Shown here: one piece after another, positions 16,811-25,995 of the stretch
Layout of the letters: every line of letters begins with the position of its first letter
How positions within the stretch are numbered: the first letter of the stretch is position 1
Source: a virus
Lineage: Duplodnaviria; Caudoviricetes
Length of the DNA: 47,370 nucleotides
Strand: one strand, 5' to 3'
Virus record (IMG/VR): IMGVR_UViG_3300025645_000009
Coordinates: 1 to 47,370 of that record
Position numbers and translations under genes: made by a program
Notes under the pieces: generated by a model
Told to the model about the DNA's origin: nothing
Seen by the model: only the letters and a program-made list of their open reading frames with translations
The model's database searches: none

Positions 16811-18310
16811 TTATGCGATCCTTAACCAGACTGATGCGGAGACGGTGGTGTAGGCACCGGAAGGGGCATTCCCCATGCACTTCCACGTACCAGCCAGTGC
16901 GCTGCTGGATGCGGTTGCGGCAACGTTGATGTATTTGAGACTGGACCCTGAAACGTAATCGCCGGGGCCACGGTTGCTGCCGTAGTTGTGAGCCAACAGT
17001 GCGTATGTTCCGACTTCGCCTACGCCAAGTGATGCCGTGGCAGTCGCCACATCGGGCAGTTCGGTTCGATAGGCAATCTGCCCGAAGTCCGTGGAGTCCA
17101 CTTGCAGCCGTAGGCGCGCACCGTCCCACCCAAGGTAGACTTTATTTGTAAGCTGCCCCGCCCCGCCGCCCTGTTGAACGGGCGTAAAATTTACCAGAGC
17201 CCCCGACCCCAAGCCGAGCGTCGTCCGCGCCGCCGCCGCCGTGGTGTCGTCGATAAGTGACGCGCCAAAGGTAGAGACGACTGTAGTGGCACCGCTACTC
17301 AAGCCTAGATTAGATCGCGCCGCCGCCTTATCGGGAATATCAGACAGGTTAGCTGATTTGGCAGCGCCGCCTAATGTGGCGAGGGCAGTAGCTTTATTCA
17401 CAACTTCAGAAAGGTTGTTGCTGCCTTGCATTGCCGAACCTATCATAGCCGCCGATGCAGCAGCAGCCGCCGCACTAGCCGCAGCTTGGTCGCGTAAAAC
17501 ACCAACAGCCTCGACCGACACCGCCGATACCACCAGCATCTCGACAGAGATCCCAGCGCCTGGCGCCGAGGCAAGCGTCAGCGTCGTCCCTGAAACCGTA
17601 TAATTTACATTAGGGACTTGTCGCACGCCGCCGACCCACACCAAGACATTGTTGGCAGAGATTGGCGCGGCTGGCATGGTGAACACGGTTTGAGCGGCAA
17701 CGGCAGTCACTTGGCTATCGAGCAGAGACATTACAGAGCCATCAGCCGAGATAATCGCGGCGATGTTCTCAGCTACGATTGCAATCTCATCGACAGCAGG
17801 CGCAACCGCATTAACGCTGCCTATGCTGCCAGCAATGATGTCGATATTATCAGCACTATCGGAGGCTCTAAGAATTGCCGAAGTGAGGACATCAAGATCA
17901 ACGCCCGTGTAAGATGCAGGGACTTTGACAGATCGGTCGATTTGTTCCTGAAGCTGTTGGTCGCGCATGGCCGCGAGGTCAAAAGATCGCTCGATCGTTT
18001 CCGCGTAATATGCGCCCTGATTTTCGAGGTCGGTCTCTTGCGTGAATGGAACCGAGCGCAGGATCGTCACAGACTCGCCCGTTGCGGGCGCGACGGCAAG
18101 CGTGACAGAACCGCCAGCATCATCACCGACGCCCGCCACGGTATAATCAGAACTCAGGGCCAGAGTGGTTTCAGCACCGGCCACAGAGGTCAGGATCACG
18201 TCGAGGTGGCTGGACGAGACAACGCGGAAATCGAAGGAAAACGTAACCGTTGACCCGTTGCCGTTGTATGGCCCAGCGTGGTTTGTCTCGCTCGAAACGG
18301 TCATATTCAT
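16811..18310 (-). CDS. Tail fibre protein (T7 gp17-like N-terminal anchor)
   Basis: YNGNGSTVTFSFDF N-terminus; NLSD...ARSNLGL repeats; PVQQGGGAGQLTNKVYLGW. Confidence 0.85.
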   Translation of the reverse strand: MNMTVSSETNHAGPYNGNGSTVTFSFDFRVVSSSHLDVILTSVAGAETTLALSSDYTVAGVGDDAGGSVTLAVAPATGESVTILRSVPFTQETDLENQGAYYAETIERSFDLAAMRDQQLQEQIDRSVKVPASYTGVDLDVLTSAILRASDSADNIDIIAGSIGSVNAVAPAVDEIAIVAENIAAIISADGSVMSLLDSQVTAVAAQTVFTMPAAPISANNVLVWVGGVRQVPNVNYTVSGTTLTLASAPGAGISVEMLVVSAVSVEAVGVLRDQAAASAAAAAASAAMIGSAMQGSNNLSEVVNKATALATLGGAAKSANLSDIPDKAAARSNLGLSSGATTVVSTFGASLIDDTTAAAARTTLGLGSGALVNFTPVQQGGGAGQLTNKVYLGWDGARLRLQVDSTDFGQIAYRTELPDVATATASLGVGEVGTYALLAHNYGSNRGPGDYVSGSSLKYINVAATASSSALAGTWKCMGNAPSGAYTTVSASVWLRIA

Positions 18311-18363
18311 CGCCCTCTAAGGTGTTTGCGAGGAATATGACCGCCGAAGGTTGCGCGCCTCTC

Positions 18364-21300
18364 TTACCTCTGCTTGCCCATGACGTATTCAATGGGCGAG
18401 ACTTCCTCGCCTTCCATTGCCCGCCATGCCGCGTCGAGCGATCGGTTTGCCTGCGCCGAGGGGAGCCGGAACAGCATCCCGCCGAGGTTGATCGCGCCCT
18501 TGACCAGCGACTTATCGACTTCACCCTGCAAGGCTTGCTGGAACGGCTTGATCATCGTGCCGATCAGACTGTCATAAGTGCCGCCGTCAAACCCACTTGC
18601 AGCACTGGCCGCGTCACGGATGAACGGCAGGCCCGCAGTGATAGTCTGGACGCCGCCGAGCAGGGTATTCGAGATCAGGCTTTCGTCATCATCATCGCCG
18701 CCGTCATCGCCAAGCGCCAGAGCCGTCGCGCCGCCAATCATCGACAGCGCCACAGTCTCGCCCAGCACGATCAGGAACATGTCGAACGCATAATCCATCG
18801 CCTCAGTCGCCGTGATCGGCTTGGAGTTGAGCCGGTTAGTGCGGTCAATGATCAGGTTCGTCTTGGCGAAGAAATATGAGCCGAGCGTCGTCAGCAGCAT
18901 CACATGCGCCGATTGACGGCTGCGCATCCCGAGAGACCCGCGCTCATAGCCAGAGCGATCGGACCAGATGCCCGACGACTGTGCGCGGTGCAGAGCGTTG
19001 TCAGCGAAGGCAATCGCCTTGGTCTCATTGCCGTCGAACTTTTCAAGGCCCAGCCGATAGCCAGCCACCCACGTCGGGACATCGACCGTGTAGAGCTGGG
19101 TATAGACCATGCCCGCCGTTCCATAGCGCACGACGTATTGATCGAACAGATCCGCCGCCTTGCTTGTTGAAGGCGAGACAATGCTACCCTCTGCCTGCGC
19201 ATCCATCAGGTCTTTCTGGAATGTCTCGCGCCGTTCCCACAGCACGCGGGACTTGGCCATCGCTTCAGCCGAAACCTCTTGCGGGTGTTTGAGGTAATCC
19301 GCCACAGCCACGGCGAGGTTTTTCTTGCCAACGACGACAGCCGATTGAACAATCCCGAGGGGCTGCATCAGAGCGGTCTTGACGCTCCAAGCCAGTTTCG
19401 AGAACGCAAACCCGTTGCGAACTTTCTGCATGGCCGAGGCGACACGGCTGTCAGCCCCAAGCTGGCCCGAGGCAGCATCGAGCAGCCACAGCCGCAGGAA
19501 GTTATATTCTGCATCCATGCCAGCCTTGAGCATCGCGCTCTTGACCTCTGCGCTTGTCAGCAGGCGGAACGAGTTGATCACCGCCTCGCTATGCGTCAGA
19601 TCGTGGATGACCTCTGCAACGTGCATCCCCCACGCGCCAGGCTCTAGGGTGAGCGACTGATCTACGTTGGCACCACGGGCTTGCAGGTGGCCGTCCTTGG
19701 TCGAGGCGCTTACGAACCCGCCTTTCATCATGCGCTGCAAGACTTCTTCATCAGTGCCGGTCAGATCCGATCTCCCGCCGCCGAGCCGCCCGTCATACTT
19801 GATCGGGAAATACCCGCCGCGATACTGCCCATGAGGCGTGTTGACTGGCGTGGCCTCGACCCAAGTGGGCTCAGTGCCTTTGACCCGCCGCTCGCGCTCT
19901 GCCATCAGCGGGCGATAGGTGTCGTTGTAATCCCAAATCGCCTGCACATAATCCCAGTCGCGCTTGTCGAGCAGGGTCTTGACGACCTCGACCTGCGGCT
20001 CAGTCAGGTGCATAGCGGCCTTGGGGTTTGTCAGTCGCGCAAGGTTGCCAGCGTTGCCCATGTTGCGCGCCATGCTGATAAGATGCCACTTTGAGAACGA
20101 CGCCCCGAGCGCGGGGATATGGCGCTTGATGCCCATGTCGCGTTGCTCTTCTGCCGAATAGACCGACATGATCGCCTCGATGTCACGCGCAGCCTTTGCC
20201 CGCATCTCGCGCTCGCCATACGCGGCTTCATCGATCTCAGTCTTGATCGCGTCGTAAACCGTGCCGTAATCCTCTGTGTTGTCGAGGCGGCGCAGGATGG
20301 TCGAGGCGTGATAGATGCCAGCGATATAATCGTGACCGAGATCCTTGAGCGTTTTCATCCAGCCATTCGCCGGCGCATCCCAAGAGATCGGTTTCTCAGT
20401 CGTGTTGGTCTTGATCGTATCGACGATTTTGTCGCGGGTTTCTTCAAAGTCGCGCTTGCGTTGACCCGAGATCAGATCATTCCACCGCTTGGCGGTATGT
20501 TCCAAGTTTTTCAGGCTATCGATCACGCCCCGCAGCTCTTCCATTGGCAGGGTTTTGTAAGGCGTGCGCGCCGCATTGCTGCGAACCTTCTCAGGGATCG
20601 AGAGCTCATTCTCGCGACCCGCCGCAGTCATCGCGTCGATATAGGCTTGCAGGGCCCCTCGCCGCGCTTCAGCAGGGCCGGACATGCGCCGGAAGTCATA
20701 GCGCCCTTGGAGGTCATCGATCGCGGCGAGATAGTCGATCTGCGCATTTTCGCGCCGACCAGCCCCAGCGATCCTTTCGCGGTTGCTGGGCTTGTTGAGC
20801 CTGCCGATATAGGTCTCAGCTTTTGAGACCTCTTCTGCGGCCTTGCGGCTTTCCATATAGAGCGCATGGTTGAGCAGTTGGACACGCTTGGCCTTGTATA
20901 GTCGAGCGATCATGTCTGCCTGCGCAGCACTTGGCTTAGGCGCGCCGTCAGCACCCGTTTTCATATATGCAGCGCGATTGATCCAATACCGCTCGCTTGA
21001 TAGCTTGGCGGCGAGCTGATAAGCCTCATTCCCAGCCTTGCGCTCTGCGGCCAGGAAACGATTGGAGTTGACCGCATCCCGCGCCTTCATGCGTGTAATC
21101 GTGTCACGCGCTACCGACCGAGCCTCTTTAGCAGTCAGCCCCACGCCTTCACCGGTGATCTTGCGAACGGCTTCCAATTCACGCGCCAGCCACTGGCCCT
21201 TTTTGTCAGTGTGAACCGCATCCAGCGCCACCGCTTCAGCAGTGCCATCGCGAAGCACATCACCGTGCAGCTCATACATCCGTCGATCGGTTTCAGCATC

Positions 21301-24300
21301 GATCGTGGCCTTGCGATTTGGAGCCGCCTCGATCGCCTTGACCATCTGATCGCCAGACCCGAATCCGAACCAGCCAGCAACGTCATCAGGATCAACTCCG
21401 CCCTCGACCGAATAGACGTGCTTGCGGCCATCCGTCAGGGTTTTCAGCACGCCCGCGCCGTAACGCTGCACCAGCACATCCTTGGACAGCTTGAGCTTAG
21501 GCATGTTCTCAGGCTCATCGTCACCGATCCACCGCCCGTTACCCATCCATTCATAGGCCCGATATACCGGCTGCGCATTGATCTCGCGCTCGACGCCTTC
21601 ACGAACCGCGGCCTTTTCCTTTTTGAACCACTCATCACGCTCGCGCTTGATCGGCGCCATAGCTTCGGCCAGCATCCGAGCCTGGCTGTCCGCATCGGCT
21701 TCACCGCGCAGCTTGATAAACGCCGCATATTCTTCAGCGGTCAGGCCCATCTCTTCAGCGGTTGCGAACACCGGCCCCATGTCGCCCGTGTCAGCCTTGG
21801 CCGCAGCGATCTCGTTGTCGCTCGCGAGCATCCGATCGAACACTTGGCGGATGCCGTCAGAAACCTTGACGTTGGTTCCGGTGAGCCGCTTATAGATCGA
21901 GATCAGCCACGACCTGAATTTGTCAAACGCCCCGCGCAGCTCGACGCTTGGCGCTTTGCCTTCCATGAGATAGGTTTCAAACGCCCGCGCCCATTGCTCT
22001 TGCATCCCGACATCGACCGCAGCATCTTTCAGCACGTCGCCTGTCGAGCCTGTATCGATCGCCCGCTTAACGTCATCGGCGGTTATCCCAGTGTCAGGCA
22101 TAGCCCGCAGGCCGTCAGCCGCCACAGCAGCCGCGTTGTCGCGCCACCAGCCCTTGATCGCCTGATACTCAGCGACCGAATTCGCCTCGCCCTTGGATGC
22201 GAGATCTTGCATGACGGTCAGGAAGAAGTGACCGCTTTCGTGCAGCATGGTCGAGAGGTTGGCCGTTTCAAACAGGCTGATGATTGCCTTGCCCGACCCG
22301 TCGATCGAGATCTGGCCACGCGGCGAGGTTTCGTTGCGTTGGAAAAGGCGATTGCCAGATTGGCCGTAGGGGCGCGCCCCAGATAATTCACTAGAAATGC
22401 GATCCCAAACTTTCTCTTGCAGCTTTTGGGATGCTTTCGTGCGATGTGATGCCGGGGGGGATTTAGGAAATCTCATTCTCCATTGATAAACAATCTCCTC
22501 AGCAATCCCCTGCCTTCTATACTTCTTATCAACGACCAACGTGTCCCCAAGATTGTATGAAGCGACAACCTTATCACCATCAAGGACCGCCGCGCCGTTT
22601 TCGTGATATTTCGCAGTCAGGCCCTTTCCTGCGCCAAACGGAACCGCATCCATAGACTCAACAGATTTTAGCACCTTCGGGGTCAATGAAGCTGCGTTTG
22701 AGTTTGGCGTTATCTTCGCGGATCCCAAAAACTCACTACGAGAAACCCCTTCAAATGGATGCCCATCTTGATACAAGATCCGAGGATCATTGCCGTCGAA
22801 CGTCCCGCGGTTGTGGACCGACTTGATCTGTGTGGGGTCAAGCGCAAACCACGACATCTCACTAGTGTCGTTTGGCTCATATACTTGCGCCCCATCATAT
22901 CCTCTTTCCATCATCCGAGCGGATACTTCTGGATTATCAAGCCAAGACCACTCTATAAGCCCGCCTTGAAAGATAACATCGATCAGGGCATCATTACCCA
23001 CACCTTCAGATGTCGAGACCCCGCCATCGACATCTATAGACCATCCGCCATCAGGCTCTCCGTCTGGCCCTATGCTCCTAGAAACAACTGGATCAAATAT
23101 GTATAAAATATCATCTATAGCGTTAGACATTCCTTCGGTTGCTTCAGCGTCTGAACCCCTTGGGTCAGCAAGTGGCTTCTTAATAGAAACATAATATTCA
23201 CCGACAGAACTGCCATATGATCTAGCATCGTCTGAGCTAGGGCTGAGGAAAATACCGCTCGATACAGTATCTTTTTCTGAAAAAAGAACCATGCGCTTCC
23301 CGCGCCTGCCAGTCTCAAAAGCAAATTCATCAGATCCTTGATCAGCAAAATCAGACCCATGATAAACTACCAGCGGCTCGCCATTCTCATCGACGACCTT
23401 GCTGTCGCCAAACCACGCCTTGAACGCCGCGCTGTCGGTGTTTACGACACCATCCTGCCCATACATCCGAGCATCTTCATCGCGCGCCGCTTCAATGCCT
23501 GCGCGGATCGTGGCGTCGTCATCATCGAGGCTCAGGCCGATCTGCGCCAAATACCGCTCAATCTCGTCGAGGTGGCTCTCATCGACCGGTCCAGTGTCAT
23601 GATCTGAAAACTGTGTTTCCCCGCGCACTTCAGCGCCGATCGCATCCCACAAGGCCCGCGTCAGGTCAGGGGCTTCATCGCCGCGCTCCATAGCAGCCTT
23701 GTATTCGATCACCGCAGGATGGTCAGCCATGAACCCCGCTTCAATTGCAGCGAGCGCCACGTTGTCAGGCCCATACGAACCACCGTCGCCCGAGCCAAAC
23801 ATCGCGCCCTGGCCTTCAGCGGCAGTCTCGCGCTTCAGCTTCAGCGCCTTCTTTCCGCGCCCGCGCTTGATCGTTGCCGCATCCATAGCGTCCAGCTCGC
23901 CGCCACGGTCATTGATGCCACCGCGATCAGCGATGAACTCCAAGAGGCTTTGGCGCTTGTCACCAGCAGGGGCGCGACGGTTGCGCGCTTCGGCCAGCGT
24001 GCGGGTCAGCTCATCGACATTCTTGGGCGCCAGGGCTTCAGGCAGAGCGCCACGGACTTGCGGCAATGGGTATCTGGTCAGGAACTCATCAGTTGTCAGC
24101 CCAGACCGTTCGGCCATGACGCGGTAAAACGCGGGATAGATCATCGCCTCAGAGGTTGCCACGTCAGTCGATCGACCGGCCACGCGCAGGCGAGACACCA
24201 TCTCATCATAGATTTTTTCTTCAGCGCCGCGCCACTTCTCATCCTCTTGGCGCATGGCTTCGGCGGTTTCCCACGCTTCGGCCATCGCGTCAGACGCCTT

Positions 24301-25974
24301 TTCATTGAACGCCTGCGCTTCGGCAGCGGTCATCTCATTGGGGTCAAACCGCATGTTTTGCATGAGGAACCCATCGACATCAGATCCAGCCAGCGAGGCG
24401 GCATAGGTCGAGGTCGGGATCTTCAGATCAGTGCCATTGTTGACAGCATCGCGCAGGTCATCAGCCGACACACCCTCAAGCGCGCCCGCGATCTCATAAG
24501 GGTCAAGCCCCTGCTCTTGGAAATACGTCGCGAACTGATCGGCGGGAATATAGACGTTTTCGACCGGCCCATCAGCCGTTGCACGTTCAACGAATTGGCG
24601 GAATTTCTCAGGCATACGCTCGCGCAGTTTCGAGCTTTGCGCCTGACCAGACAGCGCCTCGAATACAGCAACGCGATCCTTGGCGGCAGTGGCCTTTTCC
24701 TTTGATGCAGACATGCGCGCACCAGCAGCCGCCGCCGAGCTCGCAGCCTTACCGCCCGCGTGCATCCCGCCACCGGCACCAGCGCCCGCAAAGAACGACT
24801 GCGCCAGACGATCGATCACTTCCTCGCCCGTGTATTCGCCGCCAGCGATCGAGGTTGTCCCCATCATGATCGCCTCTTGCAGCGTCTCAGTCGTGCCTTC
24901 TGCAATGGCGGCAGACATAACGCCAGCCGCAGCCTTGGTCATGCCGTTGGTGACAAGCACCTCAGCCAGCGTTCCGGCCGCAGCACGTTCTGCCACCTCT
25001 GTCACGCCAAGCCCGCCGAACACCTTGCCCATACCGATGACATCGAGCGCCGCGACCGCAGTGCCAGCGCCAAACGCCAGAGCCACGCGATTGGCAGGCT
25101 CCATGTCTGGCAGCTTTCCGGCCAGCTCATTGTTGACCTCACCCGTGGACAGCACCAGATTGACGAAAGGCCCGAACCCGCCGCTTGCCATAGTCGCGGC
25201 CATTTGTGGCGCCGACATCGCAATGTTTTCAGTGATGAACGACAGCGCCGAGCCGAGACCCTTCACGTCCTTGAACGACATTGGCTCGAAGCCCTGCTTT
25301 GACAGATCCTCAAGCATGGCCTTGCCAGCGTCATAGATCACGCCGAGATCTTGCTTGGCGAGCGCAGCCCCGCGTTGCTCTGGCGTCATGTCTGGACCGC
25401 CGACCATTTGGCGCTCTACACCATCAGCCTCAGAGGCTCGACCGCGCAGGTAATTCGCCAGCCGCCCGAGCAGGTTTGGATCACCATCGCCATTGGTCAG
25501 CACAGTGTCATCGAAAACGTCACCGGCAGCATCGAGGCCACGGCCAAGCGCGCTTGTCTCTAGCACCGCGCCAGTGTCACGCATGACTTCACGACCTTGC
25601 GTCACAGCCGTAGCGTTGCCCATGTCGAACGACTTGCCCATGCGCTCGAACCACGACAGACCATTTAGGTCATCGCGTGCCAGCACAGCATTATCTGGAT
25701 TGCGCAGCCACTCAGTCAGCCGAGGCGCAGTCGTCAGGATTGTTTCGGCGCGCTTCTTCTCGATCTCAGCTTGGAAAATATTGCGGTATTCAGGAACCAT
25801 CGCCGCAGGTGGCTGGGGGTTTCCAGTCACCTTGGCGAAGTCACTCGCAAGCGTCATGTCGCGGGCTACCTCATCAGGGTTTGCATCGGTCGAGCCGATC
25901 ACGACTTGCGCCGCGCCGACCGATGCCTTGGCCTGATTTGCTTTCCACGCTTCATAGTCTGCGAGTGTCGTCAT
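18364..25974 (-). CDS. Giant internal virion (ejection) polyvalent protein, 2536 aa
   Basis: T7 gp16-like position; ART-PolyVal-like segment (FKAWFGDSKVVDENGEPLVVYHG), GNAT-like segment (YRRQGIA), zincin-like HESGH. Confidence 0.85.
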   Translation of the reverse strand: MTTLADYEAWKANQAKASVGAAQVVIGSTDANPDEVARDMTLASDFAKVTGNPQPPAAMVPEYRNIFQAEIEKKRAETILTTAPRLTEWLRNPDNAVLARDDLNGLSWFERMGKSFDMGNATAVTQGREVMRDTGAVLETSALGRGLDAAGDVFDDTVLTNGDGDPNLLGRLANYLRGRASEADGVERQMVGGPDMTPEQRGAALAKQDLGVIYDAGKAMLEDLSKQGFEPMSFKDVKGLGSALSFITENIAMSAPQMAATMASGGFGPFVNLVLSTGEVNNELAGKLPDMEPANRVALAFGAGTAVAALDVIGMGKVFGGLGVTEVAERAAAGTLAEVLVTNGMTKAAAGVMSAAIAEGTTETLQEAIMMGTTSIAGGEYTGEEVIDRLAQSFFAGAGAGGGMHAGGKAASSAAAAGARMSASKEKATAAKDRVAVFEALSGQAQSSKLRERMPEKFRQFVERATADGPVENVYIPADQFATYFQEQGLDPYEIAGALEGVSADDLRDAVNNGTDLKIPTSTYAASLAGSDVDGFLMQNMRFDPNEMTAAEAQAFNEKASDAMAEAWETAEAMRQEDEKWRGAEEKIYDEMVSRLRVAGRSTDVATSEAMIYPAFYRVMAERSGLTTDEFLTRYPLPQVRGALPEALAPKNVDELTRTLAEARNRRAPAGDKRQSLLEFIADRGGINDRGGELDAMDAATIKRGRGKKALKLKRETAAEGQGAMFGSGDGGSYGPDNVALAAIEAGFMADHPAVIEYKAAMERGDEAPDLTRALWDAIGAEVRGETQFSDHDTGPVDESHLDEIERYLAQIGLSLDDDDATIRAGIEAARDEDARMYGQDGVVNTDSAAFKAWFGDSKVVDENGEPLVVYHGSDFADQGSDEFAFETGRRGKRMVLFSEKDTVSSGIFLSPSSDDARSYGSSVGEYYVSIKKPLADPRGSDAEATEGMSNAIDDILYIFDPVVSRSIGPDGEPDGGWSIDVDGGVSTSEGVGNDALIDVIFQGGLIEWSWLDNPEVSARMMERGYDGAQVYEPNDTSEMSWFALDPTQIKSVHNRGTFDGNDPRILYQDGHPFEGVSRSEFLGSAKITPNSNAASLTPKVLKSVESMDAVPFGAGKGLTAKYHENGAAVLDGDKVVASYNLGDTLVVDKKYRRQGIAEEIVYQWRMRFPKSPPASHRTKASQKLQEKVWDRISSELSGARPYGQSGNRLFQRNETSPRGQISIDGSGKAIISLFETANLSTMLHESGHFFLTVMQDLASKGEANSVAEYQAIKGWWRDNAAAVAADGLRAMPDTGITADDVKRAIDTGSTGDVLKDAAVDVGMQEQWARAFETYLMEGKAPSVELRGAFDKFRSWLISIYKRLTGTNVKVSDGIRQVFDRMLASDNEIAAAKADTGDMGPVFATAEEMGLTAEEYAAFIKLRGEADADSQARMLAEAMAPIKRERDEWFKKEKAAVREGVEREINAQPVYRAYEWMGNGRWIGDDEPENMPKLKLSKDVLVQRYGAGVLKTLTDGRKHVYSVEGGVDPDDVAGWFGFGSGDQMVKAIEAAPNRKATIDAETDRRMYELHGDVLRDGTAEAVALDAVHTDKKGQWLARELEAVRKITGEGVGLTAKEARSVARDTITRMKARDAVNSNRFLAAERKAGNEAYQLAAKLSSERYWINRAAYMKTGADGAPKPSAAQADMIARLYKAKRVQLLNHALYMESRKAAEEVSKAETYIGRLNKPSNRERIAGAGRRENAQIDYLAAIDDLQGRYDFRRMSGPAEARRGALQAYIDAMTAAGRENELSIPEKVRSNAARTPYKTLPMEELRGVIDSLKNLEHTAKRWNDLISGQRKRDFEETRDKIVDTIKTNTTEKPISWDAPANGWMKTLKDLGHDYIAGIYHASTILRRLDNTEDYGTVYDAIKTEIDEAAYGEREMRAKAARDIEAIMSVYSAEEQRDMGIKRHIPALGASFSKWHLISMARNMGNAGNLARLTNPKAAMHLTEPQVEVVKTLLDKRDWDYVQAIWDYNDTYRPLMAERERRVKGTEPTWVEATPVNTPHGQYRGGYFPIKYDGRLGGGRSDLTGTDEEVLQRMMKGGFVSASTKDGHLQARGANVDQSLTLEPGAWGMHVAEVIHDLTHSEAVINSFRLLTSAEVKSAMLKAGMDAEYNFLRLWLLDAASGQLGADSRVASAMQKVRNGFAFSKLAWSVKTALMQPLGIVQSAVVVGKKNLAVAVADYLKHPQEVSAEAMAKSRVLWERRETFQKDLMDAQAEGSIVSPSTSKAADLFDQYVVRYGTAGMVYTQLYTVDVPTWVAGYRLGLEKFDGNETKAIAFADNALHRAQSSGIWSDRSGYERGSLGMRSRQSAHVMLLTTLGSYFFAKTNLIIDRTNRLNSKPITATEAMDYAFDMFLIVLGETVALSMIGGATALALGDDGGDDDDESLISNTLLGGVQTITAGLPFIRDAASAASGFDGGTYDSLIGTMIKPFQQALQGEVDKSLVKGAINLGGMLFRLPSAQANRSLDAAWRAMEGEEVSPIEYVMGKQR

Positions 25975-25995
25975 TTTTAAGCCCCTCGATTTGCG

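Noticed and set aside
15530-18310. Diversity-generating retroelement, suspected because of the BPP-1-like virion genes
   Set aside because: No reverse transcriptase ORF recognised and no template/variable repeat pair differing at adenines seen
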